This document shows positions 24,391-35,117 of a stretch of 64,000 bases of DNA, piece by piece (position 1 is the first letter of the stretch; each line of letters starts with the position of its first letter). Where the stretch lies: IMG/VR virus record IMGVR_UViG_3300046804_006785; one strand, 5' to 3'. The notes beneath the pieces were generated by a model that worked only from the letters and a program-made list of their open reading frames with translations, was not told where the DNA came from and did no database searches. Source of the DNA: a virus. Both the position numbers and the translations under genes were made by a program.

Positions 24391-26703
24391 ATGACAGAGA
24401 ATCTATCAGGTTCAGGTGGTTTATTTGGTGGTGGGGGCGGCAGACAAGCAGCAAATCAACAAATAAGACAACAAATTACTGACTCTATAACTGGAGTAAC
24501 AAACGATTATGTCAAATTAGTTTTAGGTATGTGTGAGGGACCCATTGAGGGGATAGAGAGAAATGCTAAAGACCTTTACTTTGACAAAACACCTTTACAA
24601 AATGAAGACGGTTCAGGAAATTTTGTAGGTATAGACACGGCCTACACAACAGGAACAAATTCTACGTCTGTTCTTAGTAGCTTATTAGACGGATCTTTCT
24701 CAGAAAATCCCGTAGGTGTGGAAGTAAAAAATGGTATTCCTCAAACAAGATCCATATCTAACGAGGGTCTAACGCATATTATTGTCCGACTTAGTTATCA
24801 ACTTCAATTTAATGATGCTAATGGTGATGTGCGCGAAGGCGTGATGGGTTTTGAAATATTTATAAAAGAGGGTATTAATGGTGCGTTTGTCTCTAGAGTT
24901 AGAGATAGTTTTAGAGCTAGGTATCCAGATCCCGTAGCTTTTAATTATAGAATTGCTGTTAATAGTAATGAAAGTTATTTTGAAGTTCGAGTTGTCAAAC
25001 TTTCTCCTGCTGAACCACCAAATCCCATACCACCGAGGACAAGCTACACTACAGCTATTTTAAAATGGGTAAGTTATACTGAGGTTACTAGCGATCGTAT
25101 AGCTTACATTAACACAGCTCTTATAAGCTTACAATTTGCTGCTAGGTCTTTTCAATCAACCCCGGAAATATGGGTGCGCTTGCAGGGTATGATTTGTGAG
25201 ATTCCCAGTAACGCAACAGTTAACGGAACTGATAAGGGGCTTACTTATACCGGGGGATGGGATGGAACATTCTATACCCCAAGTAGATCAATCGCTGACC
25301 CAGCTTGGATAGTTTGGAAGCTATTGACTGAACCGAGGTTTAATTTAGGTATTCCTAGTCAATATGTTGATAAGTATGCACTGTATCAATGCAGTGTTTA
25401 TAATAATCAGTTTGTATCCAATGGCGCAGGAGGGTGGGAGCGTAGATTCTTATTTAATACTGTATTAGGTTCGGGAGGTCAAGAAGTAGTTTTAGAAATG
25501 ATCCGTGCTATCTGTTCAACTATGTATGCAAAACCTTATTGGAACGGATCACAGATTAGCTTTTGGCAAGATAGACCCACAACAGTATTACCTAAAGTTT
25601 TGACTAATGCAGATGTAGAAGAGGGTAAATTTGTATACCAAACACCTGAACTTAACACAGTAACTACAGTAGCTAAAGTTTCCTATCAATCAACTGTTGA
25701 AGATTGGGAATTAGTACCGGAAATAGTAGAAGATGCTTTTGCTATTGAACGCTATGGTGTGCAAGTGGAAGAGTATGCTCTATTAGGTGAAACTCGCAGA
25801 AGTGCGGCAATTAGATCGGGACGACGAACTATTTTAGGGTCACAACCTAACAATGTAACTTTGACTTGTAGAGTCAGAACCCGCGCAATGTTTTTCTCGC
25901 CTGGTGACGTGATTCAAGTTGCTGATAATGCTAAAAATAGAATTAGAAACGGTGGTTTAGTTGCGGCGGTGACTGCTAATAGAATAACAATTGATTCACC
26001 ACTAACATTATCATCTAGCACAACTAAGAAAATATTTTTAACATTACCTAATGAAACAGTTGTTGAGATGACAATTAGTAATGGTGCAGGGACATTTACA
26101 GAAATAAATCTAACTACACCTTTGACGACTTTACCTGCTCCTGAGTCACCTTGGCAAATTACAGATACTTTAAGCCGGGTGCAACTTTATAGAATTACAG
26201 AAGTAAACCCAGTTGAGGATAATCTAAACTTATTTGATATCACTGCAAAAACCTATAGTGCTGATTATTATACTCAAATTGAATCAGGGATAAAAGTTCC
26301 GGTAATTGTTCCAGTAGCAAGACTTCCAGTTGTCGCTTCTCCTCCTAGTGATGTAGTATGTAGATTAAGGCAAATCAATTATGGAGATCGGATTAGTTTT
26401 ACTTTAGTTGCATCTTGGAAACGACCAACAAAAATAGTCAATGGTGTTACTGTAGACGAACCCTATACTGATAGATATAGAGTTGAATTTAAACGAGGTG
26501 AAACTTCAGAATGGGGATCGGCTCAAATTACTACACAACTATCAGCAAGGTGGGAAAATATAGGCAACGGCTTCTTTGTTGTGCGAGTAGCTGCTATTAC
26601 AACAAATAATAAAGTCAGTGCCTTTGTTGAAAGTGGCTCATTTGGACAAGATACGGCTGATTTTAGTAATCAGTTTTTTACAAGTTTTACAGGAGAATTT
26701 TAA
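24391..26703 (+). CDS. Central tail tip / host specificity protein J-like
   Basis: CEGPIEG, DPAWI...LTEPRF, YCD-like YQCSVY, PGDVIQVAD motifs, C-terminal FN3-like region. Confidence 0.85.
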   Translation: MTENLSGSGGLFGGGGGRQAANQQIRQQITDSITGVTNDYVKLVLGMCEGPIEGIERNAKDLYFDKTPLQNEDGSGNFVGIDTAYTTGTNSTSVLSSLLDGSFSENPVGVEVKNGIPQTRSISNEGLTHIIVRLSYQLQFNDANGDVREGVMGFEIFIKEGINGAFVSRVRDSFRARYPDPVAFNYRIAVNSNESYFEVRVVKLSPAEPPNPIPPRTSYTTAILKWVSYTEVTSDRIAYINTALISLQFAARSFQSTPEIWVRLQGMICEIPSNATVNGTDKGLTYTGGWDGTFYTPSRSIADPAWIVWKLLTEPRFNLGIPSQYVDKYALYQCSVYNNQFVSNGAGGWERRFLFNTVLGSGGQEVVLEMIRAICSTMYAKPYWNGSQISFWQDRPTTVLPKVLTNADVEEGKFVYQTPELNTVTTVAKVSYQSTVEDWELVPEIVEDAFAIERYGVQVEEYALLGETRRSAAIRSGRRTILGSQPNNVTLTCRVRTRAMFFSPGDVIQVADNAKNRIRNGGLVAAVTANRITIDSPLTLSSSTTKKIFLTLPNETVVEMTISNGAGTFTEINLTTPLTTLPAPESPWQITDTLSRVQLYRITEVNPVEDNLNLFDITAKTYSADYYTQIESGIKVPVIVPVARLPVVASPPSDVVCRLRQINYGDRISFTLVASWKRPTKIVNGVTVDEPYTDRYRVEFKRGETSEWGSAQITTQLSARWENIGNGFFVVRVAAITTNNKVSAFVESGSFGQDTADFSNQFFTSFTGEF

Positions 26704-26705
26704 TA

Positions 26706-27110
26706 ATGCCTCAACCTTATATAGATGTAACAGGAGCTACGGCTTATAGAGACGCACTAGGAGAGGGTACTTTAGCAGATCCTTATATTCCTAAGTTCAA
26801 CATAGTTCCAGCTTTTTCCGCTACATCAACACTGACTAGCGTTTCTAGTAGTGCAACTTCTGTTATTTTGTTGTCAGCTAATAGTGCTAGGCGAACAATA
26901 ATCATTCTCAACGATTCTACTGCAGATTTATATGTAACCTTAAATTCTAGCGCGGCTAGTACAGCAAATTATTCTATATTTCTAGCTGGGAAAGTAGGGA
27001 ATATTCCATCATTTGTAAGTCTAACAGGTGCGGATTATTCAGGACAGATTAATGGTATTTGGGTAGGTACACTCAACGGGGCAGCACGCATAACGGTAAT
27101 TACACAATGA
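26706..27110 (+). CDS. Tail-associated hypothetical protein
   Basis: 134 aa; N-terminus shared with 28484 ORF. Confidence 0.55.
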   Translation: MPQPYIDVTGATAYRDALGEGTLADPYIPKFNIVPAFSATSTLTSVSSSATSVILLSANSARRTIIILNDSTADLYVTLNSSAASTANYSIFLAGKVGNIPSFVSLTGADYSGQINGIWVGTLNGAARITVITQ

Positions 27111-28009
27111 GTATTATAGTAAGCAATCCTAGCAATACTGCTATAAATCAAAATTTTTTCAAAAATCCGGCTTTTAGTGTAATCCAAGGGACTGCCTCTG
27201 GTACAGTCTCTAACACTACTTCAGTACCTACTAGTTCTCTTGGATACCCAGGAGAAGCAGAATGGTGTATTGCTGCATCAGGTGGTACGCCTACCTATGC
27301 TTTTAATACGGCTAACCAAACATTGACTTTAACAGGCGCGTCTGGAACTACATCTATCCAAGTATTGCAAAGACTGGAAAGTCTAGATACTGCTAGGCTA
27401 CGCTCAAAGCAAGTGACTTTGAGTGTAGAACTTAGTAATTCTTTGCTTACATCTGTAACTTGGGAACTATTTCGCCCCACAACTACAGTGGACACACACG
27501 GTACTATTGCTACACCTACTCAGACATTGATAGCTAGTGGAACATGGACTGTAAACGCGACTCTCACAAGATATAGTGCTACTGTAACTTTACCTGCTGA
27601 GGTATCTAACGGTTTAGAAGTACGTATAAGAGTAGGATCACAAACATCCGGTACATGGGTGATTGCACGTCCTAAATTAGAAGAAGGTTTTGCTGCCACC
27701 AATTTTGTTTGTGAAGATGTAGCTGTAGAGTTAGCTAAGTGTCAGAGATACTACAGAGTAGTGTCTACCGATTTCTATATGTATACCAACAACGCCGGAC
27801 AAGCACTATATCAACCAGTACACCATATTGGTATGTTTGGTAGCACTAGAGTAAGAAGCTTTAGCAGCGTAAACGCTTATAGTGGAACAAATGTTTCTAC
27901 TATAGAAGCTGGTGCTGATGGTAATTCATCAAGAATTATTTTTAATGGCTCTGCTGCTGGCTATATTGGAGCCAGACCCTTAATAAATATCGCAGCGCAT
28001 ATTCCTTAA
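27107..28009 (+). CDS. Putative tail fibre/receptor-binding protein with carbohydrate-binding-like fold
   Basis: Start MSIIVSN at 27107 (ATGA overlap); KLEEG..AT.F...ELAKCQRYY motif common in phage fibres. Confidence 0.65.
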   Translation: MSIIVSNPSNTAINQNFFKNPAFSVIQGTASGTVSNTTSVPTSSLGYPGEAEWCIAASGGTPTYAFNTANQTLTLTGASGTTSIQVLQRLESLDTARLRSKQVTLSVELSNSLLTSVTWELFRPTTTVDTHGTIATPTQTLIASGTWTVNATLTRYSATVTLPAEVSNGLEVRIRVGSQTSGTWVIARPKLEEGFAATNFVCEDVAVELAKCQRYYRVVSTDFYMYTNNAGQALYQPVHHIGMFGSTRVRSFSSVNAYSGTNVSTIEAGADGNSSRIIFNGSAAGYIGARPLINIAAHIP

Positions 28010-28018
28010 TAAACAATT

Positions 28019-28435
28019 ATGTACAAATTAACACAAACCCCTACTACTGTATTGCGCAAAGATGGTTTCTATATTGAGCCATCAAATCATAGTGATTGGC
28101 GACTATATGAAGCTTGGTTAGCTGAAGGTAATGTCCCTGAAGCTGCGGATATTATTCCCTCGACTCCTGATTGGGATGGTCTATATCACAGTGTTTTAGC
28201 TGGAGATTTAAAACTGCTTTATTTAAGTTTAAAACAAGCGGCTAAAACAGATAATATTTTATCTGTTGATTATGTTAATTTTGTGGCAGTCTTATCAAAT
28301 ATTAGAACAGAACAAGCATTAAAAGAATGTCTTGATGAGTTAATCAAAGATGGTTATGTGTTAAGTGAAGAAAAAAAACAACTTTGGAATAATAGTGTTA
28401 CAGCCTTACATTTTAGTAATTTAGTTAGAATTTAA
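28019..28435 (+). CDS. Putative tail fibre assembly protein
   Basis: N.DW..Y.AWLAEGNVPE motif, directly downstream of fibre gene. Confidence 0.55.
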   Translation: MYKLTQTPTTVLRKDGFYIEPSNHSDWRLYEAWLAEGNVPEAADIIPSTPDWDGLYHSVLAGDLKLLYLSLKQAAKTDNILSVDYVNFVAVLSNIRTEQALKECLDELIKDGYVLSEEKKQLWNNSVTALHFSNLVRI

Positions 28436-28483
28436 TAAGATGTCACAATGATAGTTTTTTATTTATTTCTAGGAGCGTTTTAA

Positions 28484-29995
28484 ATGCCACAACCATATAT
28501 AGATGAAATGGGCGTGACCCATTATAATGATGCCACTGGTAGCGGAACTATTGCAGATCCATATATTCCAAAAGTTGCTGTCACTGGTCTAGATGTATCA
28601 AGTTTACAAGTTACTAATGATGAAAATAATCCCGTCCCTATTACTGCTAATAATTTACCCTTACCTACAGGTGCAGCAACGAGCGCAAATCAAACTACTA
28701 CTAACACAGCCTTAAGTAATATTGATGGTAAATTACCTGCACTTTCAAACGGGAAAATTCCTGTAGAAGTAGGAAGTTTGAATGTATCTGTCAGCAATGC
28801 TTCTCTGGAAATTGCTAATGATGTTGGCAATCCAGTACCTATTAGTGATGCTGGGGGTAGCATTACCGTAGATGGTACGTTTTGGCAAGCTACACAGCCT
28901 GTGAGTGCAGCTAGTTTACCTTTACCAAGTGGTGCAGCTACAGCAGCAAACCAGTCTACTGGAAATACTTCACTTGCAAGCATTGACACCAAAACGCCAG
29001 CATTGGGTCAAGCTTTAGCTAGTGGAAGTACACCAGTAGTATTACCATCGGCAATGGTGACTGATTTAAAATCAGTAAGCATTACAGGAACATTGCCAGC
29101 GTTTGCAGTTACCCCTACTGTAAATATTGACACTGCTCCTAATCTTACATTCACCAATACAAGCTTCACTGCAAATGCTGGCACTAATCTCAACACATCA
29201 GCATTAGCGTTAGAAAGTGGTGGTAATCTAGCGGGAATAAATACTAAATTACCCAGTGGATTGACTGTTACATCTACTAGATTATTAGTTGATGGTAGTG
29301 GAGTTACTCAACCTGTTAGTATCACTACTTTACCTGCTTTAGGTACAGGTACAAATAATATTGGTTCTATTACTAATATCACTGGTACTGTTTCTTTGCC
29401 TACGGGTGCAGCTACAAGTGTAAATCAAACTACTGCTAACACCTCTTTAAGTAGCATAGACGGTAAAATCCCTGCTTTAGTAAACGGTAGACTACCTGTT
29501 GATACTACATCTGCACAAGGACAAGCATGGGAATCTGAAGCTACTATTACTCGTGCTGCAAACACTACTGGGTACATAGCCAATGATGTCTATGGTACTG
29601 TTTTTCAATTAACTAATATTGGATCTAGTGGTGGTTTTATATTTTTAAACAGCCTAGGTATAGTATTTAATTTGACTGCTTTACCTAGTGGCATGGGTAG
29701 TTTTATTGTTTATTTATATTCAAGTTCACCACCATCCGCAATAACAGACAATAACCCGTTTAGTGTAGCTAGTGGAGACAGAGCAAGCATTCTCACTCTA
29801 AACGGTTTTAGCTTGACTGCTTCACTTGCTAGGGGTGGTGGTTCTGTAGTGGCTGAAAGTTTGAATATTAACCAACTATTTAAGCTGGCAACTGGTAGCA
29901 CATCATTATGGGGATATCTAGTAACAACGGGTGCTTTCAATCCTGCGGCTAACTCTGAAACTGCGATCATCACTGCACGGAGTTTTGCACCATGA
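28484..29995 (+). CDS. Repetitive fibre-like structural protein
   Basis: Three LP(T/S)GAAT..NQ.T.NT.L..ID.K.PAL repeats. Confidence 0.6.
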   Translation: MPQPYIDEMGVTHYNDATGSGTIADPYIPKVAVTGLDVSSLQVTNDENNPVPITANNLPLPTGAATSANQTTTNTALSNIDGKLPALSNGKIPVEVGSLNVSVSNASLEIANDVGNPVPISDAGGSITVDGTFWQATQPVSAASLPLPSGAATAANQSTGNTSLASIDTKTPALGQALASGSTPVVLPSAMVTDLKSVSITGTLPAFAVTPTVNIDTAPNLTFTNTSFTANAGTNLNTSALALESGGNLAGINTKLPSGLTVTSTRLLVDGSGVTQPVSITTLPALGTGTNNIGSITNITGTVSLPTGAATSVNQTTANTSLSSIDGKIPALVNGRLPVDTTSAQGQAWESEATITRAANTTGYIANDVYGTVFQLTNIGSSGGFIFLNSLGIVFNLTALPSGMGSFIVYLYSSSPPSAITDNNPFSVASGDRASILTLNGFSLTASLARGGGSVVAESLNINQLFKLATGSTSLWGYLVTTGAFNPAANSETAIITARSFAP

Positions 29996-31095
29996 GAAAT
30001 TCTACTAGATTGGTTGTTCTTAGCAGACGTACATCAGGTAATCTCAATTCATATTTCCCATTGACTCCTGCTATTCTTGCATCCCGTCAGGTCAACTATG
30101 GTACTTTGGCTGATGTAACCACTACACCTAGTGGTACTTATTCTAATGCTTTTGCTGGTGGCGTGTTATTACCAGATGGAAGAGTATTTTGTGTACCCAC
30201 TACTTCTAGTACAGCAAGAATATACAACCCGGTGACAGATACATTAACTACACCTAGTGGTACTTATCCTACTATTGTGGGTAGTAGGTCTTTTGTTGGT
30301 GGTGTATTATTACCAGATGGAAGAGTATTCTGTATACCAGACGGTACAACCACTGCAAGAATATACAATCCTATAACAGATACATTAACTACACCTAATG
30401 GTACTTATCCAGGTGGAGGTGCTTTTGTTGGTGGTGTACTATTACCAGATGGTCAAGTTTTTTGTATTCCTGCAATTTCAACTACAGCAAGAATATACAA
30501 TCCTATAACAGATACATTAACTACTCCTAGTGGTACTTATCCTGGTAATAATGCTTTTTATGGTGGTGTATTATTACCAGATGGTAGAGTATTTTGTGTA
30601 CCATACAGTTCTACTACTGCAAGAATATACAATCCTATAACAGATACATTAATTACGCCTAATGGTACTTATCCTGGTGGTTTTGCTTTTTCTGGTGGTG
30701 TGTTATTACCAGATGGAAGAGTATTTTGTGTACCCACTACTTCTAGTACAGCAAGAATATACAATCCTATAACAGATACAGTAACTACGCCTAATGGTAC
30801 TTATCCTGGTGGTTTTGCTTTTTATGGTGGTGTATTATTACCAGACGGTAGGGTATTCTGTATTCCTGCAAGTTCAACCACCGCTAGAATATACAACCCG
30901 GTGACAAATACATTAACTACACCTAGTGGTACTTATCCTGGTAGTGAGGCTTTTTGGGGTGGTGTATTGTTACCAGATGGTAGAGTATTTTGTGTACCAT
31001 ACAATAATGCAACCACTGCAAGAATATACGGCTCACCATTATCTACTAATCTCCCTATGGCGAGAACTCATTCAGCTTATGATAATAAATTTTAA
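29992..31095 (+). CDS. 7-repeat Kelch/galactose-oxidase-like beta-propeller protein
   Basis: Seven ~42-aa F.GGVLLPDGRVFC.P...ARIYNP repeats. Confidence 0.8.
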   Translation: MRNSTRLVVLSRRTSGNLNSYFPLTPAILASRQVNYGTLADVTTTPSGTYSNAFAGGVLLPDGRVFCVPTTSSTARIYNPVTDTLTTPSGTYPTIVGSRSFVGGVLLPDGRVFCIPDGTTTARIYNPITDTLTTPNGTYPGGGAFVGGVLLPDGQVFCIPAISTTARIYNPITDTLTTPSGTYPGNNAFYGGVLLPDGRVFCVPYSSTTARIYNPITDTLITPNGTYPGGFAFSGGVLLPDGRVFCVPTTSSTARIYNPITDTVTTPNGTYPGGFAFYGGVLLPDGRVFCIPASSTTARIYNPVTNTLTTPSGTYPGSEAFWGGVLLPDGRVFCVPYNNATTARIYGSPLSTNLPMARTHSAYDNKF

Positions 31096-31100
31096 AAAGT

Positions 31101-31532
31101 ATGAACAAACAAGAATGGCTGCTTACTGAAATTAAAAAGTTCTCTGAATTATCTGCTAGGGAACTTACGGCAAAATTGAATGATAAAAAGTTAGTTGATA
31201 ATCCCGAACCACAACAACAGATAGCTGTGTTGCCTTCTTTAGATGAAGTGTTGGCTGTTGTCACTCCACAGGAAGCTTTTAATATATCAGAAACTCGAAC
31301 TTATGACAGGATTTTAGAGGCGTTTAATCAGAGAAATACTTCTAATCTAATTAGCTATTTAGGTGTTCTGAAGGGTGGTAATGTCTTGTCAGAAAGTAGT
31401 TATGATAAGTTAATTAATTTACTGCAAAAGACGCAATTAGATCCAAGTTACCAATCTCAAGTATTAATGAGTGAGGCGGAATTGGCAAGGTTTGATCTTG
31501 TGTTGGTTAATGAGATTGAGGACTTAATTTAA
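31101..31532 (+). CDS. Hypothetical protein
   Basis: 143-aa ORF in tail operon. Confidence 0.6.
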   Translation: MNKQEWLLTEIKKFSELSARELTAKLNDKKLVDNPEPQQQIAVLPSLDEVLAVVTPQEAFNISETRTYDRILEAFNQRNTSNLISYLGVLKGGNVLSESSYDKLINLLQKTQLDPSYQSQVLMSEAELARFDLVLVNEIEDLI

Positions 31533-31535
31533 ATC

Positions 31536-32966
31536 ATGCCAGCACCAATTTTAGTTTTACCTCCTATTAAATGGGAATTCAGTCAGGAAAGAAAAATACA
31601 GTCCCAAACTACTAAATTAGGTGATGGGTATGGCTTAATGGCTATCGTAACTAATTCTATTCGTACTACCGTTGAATTAATAATCCCTAATCTTAGTACA
31701 GAAAATAAAAATGACATAGTTAGTCTGTTTACTAGCTATGGTGGGATTACAAAATTCAGTTGGAGACCTTTGGACACTCTTCCTTACAAAGAGTACATTT
31801 GTGATAAATGGAGTGTGATTCAACAAGGTACTTATTTGTGGCAGATAACCGCTACATTTACAGAACAAAAAACAGCAGAAGTGATTGTACCAATTGAAAT
31901 TAGCACGGCTTTCACTAGATTAAGCTTAAAATATTTCCCGTTAGATCCTATTGCAGATTACAGTACTGTAAGAGCTTTTAATTATGGTGCTGTAACTGAC
32001 ATTATAACTATCCTTAATGGTGTCTATCCAGGCAATCAGGCTTTTAATGGAGGTGTATTATTAACTGATGGTAGGGTTTTTTGTGTGCCATTTAATACTA
32101 GCCAGGCATACATACATAATCCATTAAATAATACAATAATTACTCCGAGTGGTTTCCCAGGTAGAGAGGCTTTTTTTGGTGGTGTTCTCATGTCAGATGG
32201 TAGAGTTTTTTGTGTTCCCGCTAACTCGACTACAGCGAGAATATATAACCCTACTACTAACACAGTGACCACGCCAGGTGGTATTTATCCTGGCAATAAC
32301 GCATTTTTTGGTGGTGTACTGTTACCTGATGGTAGGGTATTCTGTGTTCCTTTTAATGCTAACCAAGCTTACATATATAACCCCACATCCAATACAGTAA
32401 GTACACCTAGTGGTTTCCCCGGTAATGGTGCTTTTGCTGGTGGTGTATTATTATATGATGGTCGCGTTTTTTGTGTTCCCTGCAATTCTACTACTGCAAG
32501 AATATATGATCCTACAACAAATACAGTGACCATACCTGGTGGAACTTACCCCAGTAATAGTGCTTTTGTTGGTGGTGTACTGTTACCTGATGGTAGGGTA
32601 TTCTGTGTTCCTTTTAATGCTAACCAAGCTTACATATATAACCCCACATCCAATACAGTAAGTACACCTAGCGGTTTCCCTGGTAATGGTGCTTTTTGGG
32701 GTGGTGTTTTATTGCCGAATGGTCGAGTTTTTTGTATACCTGCTAACTCAACTACAGCAAGAATATACAATCCTACAACTGATACAGTAAGTACTGCTAA
32801 TGGTACTTATTCAGGTAATGCTGCTTTTGCTGGTGGCGTGTTATTACCAGATGGAAGAGTATTTTGTGTACCTCGCAATTCGACCAATGCAAGACTTTAT
32901 GGATCCCGTATTTTGCCAAATCTTCCTATGGGAAGAACACATTCAGCTTTTGATAACAAACTTTAA
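31536..32966 (+). CDS. Minor tail protein M-like domain fused to 7-repeat beta-propeller
   Basis: N-terminal KLGDGY...F.W.P...Y.C..W...ITATF.E (gpM-like), then seven GGVLL.DGRVFC repeats. Confidence 0.8.
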   Translation: MPAPILVLPPIKWEFSQERKIQSQTTKLGDGYGLMAIVTNSIRTTVELIIPNLSTENKNDIVSLFTSYGGITKFSWRPLDTLPYKEYICDKWSVIQQGTYLWQITATFTEQKTAEVIVPIEISTAFTRLSLKYFPLDPIADYSTVRAFNYGAVTDIITILNGVYPGNQAFNGGVLLTDGRVFCVPFNTSQAYIHNPLNNTIITPSGFPGREAFFGGVLMSDGRVFCVPANSTTARIYNPTTNTVTTPGGIYPGNNAFFGGVLLPDGRVFCVPFNANQAYIYNPTSNTVSTPSGFPGNGAFAGGVLLYDGRVFCVPCNSTTARIYDPTTNTVTIPGGTYPSNSAFVGGVLLPDGRVFCVPFNANQAYIYNPTSNTVSTPSGFPGNGAFWGGVLLPNGRVFCIPANSTTARIYNPTTDTVSTANGTYSGNAAFAGGVLLPDGRVFCVPRNSTNARLYGSRILPNLPMGRTHSAFDNKL

Positions 32967-32971
32967 AAATT

Positions 32972-33604
32972 ATGAGTTTAGTAGCTAATACCCAACAACT
33001 AGACACTGAAATATTTATAGATTTAATTAATATCAAAAATCAGGATTTTGATATAAAAATCTGTAATTATGGAACTGTAAAATTTGGCAACGTTGTCTAT
33101 CAAGGTTTTCCTTGCAAAATAAGCAGCTTTAGTAAAACAGGTGAAAGTGTAGAAGCTCGTGCATCCCTAATAGTCTCTGATATTTCTGGGTTAGTAGGTG
33201 ATGTAATTGATAATTATTTTGTCATAGGTGCGGATGTCAATGTAAAACGTACGCAACCTATGTTTTTAGACGGTAATCCCACAGCAGATGCTACCCAATT
33301 TTATGAGTTGAATTTAAAAATTAATCAATATACTGGAGAATATCAGAATCAGTTTACATTTGCTCTCACACCATATTCTTTAGAAAGAAAAAAACTACCA
33401 GCTAGGTTATATTCTAGAAGATGTCAATGGCAATTAGGTGATCAAAATTGTCAAGCACCATTTAATCTTAATTTTGATATCTTTGGTAATCCTACTACAA
33501 CGGCTAATAGAGCTTGTAGAAAAGATTTAGATGCTTGTAAACAATATCATGGGCATACTTTAAGATTTGGTGGTTTTCCTTCAGTAAACAGAATTAGAAG
33601 TTAA
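32972..33604 (+). CDS. Minor tail protein L-like
   Basis: YQGFP, LPAR...RCQW, C, C.K....C, FGGFP: Cys pattern of lambda gpL. Confidence 0.85.
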   Translation: MSLVANTQQLDTEIFIDLINIKNQDFDIKICNYGTVKFGNVVYQGFPCKISSFSKTGESVEARASLIVSDISGLVGDVIDNYFVIGADVNVKRTQPMFLDGNPTADATQFYELNLKINQYTGEYQNQFTFALTPYSLERKKLPARLYSRRCQWQLGDQNCQAPFNLNFDIFGNPTTTANRACRKDLDACKQYHGHTLRFGGFPSVNRIRS

Positions 33605-33856
33605 TAGAAAATCGTCTAACCATTTTAAGGTTTCAGGACATAATCTAAACCATTCTGACTTCCCTAGAATGGCTTTATTTTGCCATAGCATATTATGTAT
33701 CTTTTTCTCAAATATTGCTTCATTCTTAACAGAGTACGTTTTGTATAAGCGCAATTTAAAACCGTTTCCTGTTTGTAGTTGTTTAAGTCTTTTTTCTGGA
33801 TTGTGGGATATCCCAATTTTGTATAAGTCCTGATCTGAGTGTATTATGTATAACAT
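33581..33856 (-). CDS. GIY-YIG/T5orf172-family protein
   Basis: LYII...YKIGIS.NPEKRLKQLQTGN...EWF. Confidence 0.85.
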   Translation of the reverse strand: MLYIIHSDQDLYKIGISHNPEKRLKQLQTGNGFKLRLYKTYSVKNEAIFEKKIHNMLWQNKAILGKSEWFRLCPETLKWLDDFLLTSNSVY

Positions 33857-33914
33857 TTAATATTGATAACTTATGTGTAAAATTATATACATCTAAAATA
33901 GTTTTATAAAATGC

Positions 33915-33943
33915 TTGACATTAATTTTAAATGCCGTTATATT
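33915..33943 (+). promoter_or_regulatory. sigma70-type promoter
   Basis: TTGACA-17-TATATT. Confidence 0.8.
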
Positions 33944-33975
33944 ATTAGTGTGGTTAAAACATAGGTAAACCGGAC

Positions 33976-34353
33976 ATGACAACCGCAACATTAACAGCAT
34001 ACACAGTAACTTGTGTTTGTGAAATAGCAACCATAACTACAATAGCAGGTTCAGGTTGTTGGAAACAAGCAGCTAAAAAAGCTAAATCAAGCATACAAGA
34101 TATTGAGGTTAATTCTACTTTTATGGTAGAAACCGACTGGCTAAAATTAACAGAGGATGATTGCTGCAATTACGGTGATGATTGGGAAGTCACACAAAAA
34201 GCAAAAATAGTCCTATCCGTTAAAGTCAAGGCAACTGACTGGAAACAAGCAGCAACCGAAGCAATGACCGCAGCGTCAGGCGATTTAGAAATTATATCAG
34301 AGAGCGACGTTAACGTTATCTGGCAACGTGTTACAGAAGATATGGTTGATTAG
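33976..34353 (+). CDS. Hypothetical protein with internal duplication
   Basis: 125 aa, two WKQAA-containing halves, behind promoter. Confidence 0.65.
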   Translation: MTTATLTAYTVTCVCEIATITTIAGSGCWKQAAKKAKSSIQDIEVNSTFMVETDWLKLTEDDCCNYGDDWEVTQKAKIVLSVKVKATDWKQAATEAMTAASGDLEIISESDVNVIWQRVTEDMVD

Positions 34354-34442
34354 TTTAGTTTTAGGAGTTGCCTTAAATAGGTGACTCTTAAAGTTAGGCA
34401 TTATCCCGAGTTGTGTCAAGTTAAAAAAATAAAGAGAATAAG

Positions 34443-34709
34443 ATGACTTTAAGAAATACAGAAAAAACAGAATACCATATCTTAGCTGCTAATAACAAAA
34501 TTGTAGCTAAGTTCACATCCTGCAAAATAGAGGATGTTTGGAAAAAGTATAATACCCGTTGCAAACAGCTTCTTCTAAATGCTGAAGATATTCATGATAA
34601 AACATCTTTTGGTGGCCTGTCTTGGAAAGGTAGCCTGAAAAAAGACGGGACTGATACTGTATTGAGATTAGTCAAGGTAAGTAAATCCGGTTATGTATCT
34701 ACAAACTAA
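34443..34709 (+). CDS. Hypothetical protein
   Basis: 88-aa ORF. Confidence 0.55.
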   Translation: MTLRNTEKTEYHILAANNKIVAKFTSCKIEDVWKKYNTRCKQLLLNAEDIHDKTSFGGLSWKGSLKKDGTDTVLRLVKVSKSGYVSTN

Positions 34710-35109
34710 AACTATGCAAATACTCAAAGCACAGGAACAGCTTACCAATGTTTTATCTGGTAAGTCAAATGACACAACAGAGTTGAGAAGCATTATAACT
34801 CAGATAGCCATTAATGATCTTTGGTTTTCTGAGGAAAAGATTACCGACTGGATGCAAAAAATAAAAGAAAGTAGGACAACCTACAAAATACTTACTCCAG
34901 ATGGTGAGTATCAAGATCCTGAAATAATAAGATGTCAGGATAAGCAATATATGGTTTTACAGTTGTTACAAGCGTTTGGGAATTTGTCTGGGTTATGCCT
35001 TTGTAGGTATAGCGAGTTAAAACCCGGTGAGGGAAATAATGAACTTCATTTAGTCTGTATGTTACTTTGGTGGCTAGAGAGATTGGATGAGCATTTAAAC
35101 CTTGATTAA
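34693..35109 (+). CDS. Hypothetical protein
   Basis: 138-aa ORF followed by terminator. Confidence 0.6.
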   Translation: MYLQTKTMQILKAQEQLTNVLSGKSNDTTELRSIITQIAINDLWFSEEKITDWMQKIKESRTTYKILTPDGEYQDPEIIRCQDKQYMVLQLLQAFGNLSGLCLCRYSELKPGEGNNELHLVCMLLWWLERLDEHLNLD

Positions 35110-35117
35110 TACAACTA

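Noticed and set aside
29992-32966. Diversity-generating retroelement or CRISPR array in the ~126-nt repeats
   Set aside because: Repeats are in-frame protein repeats; no reverse transcriptase in the window and no non-coding template repeat
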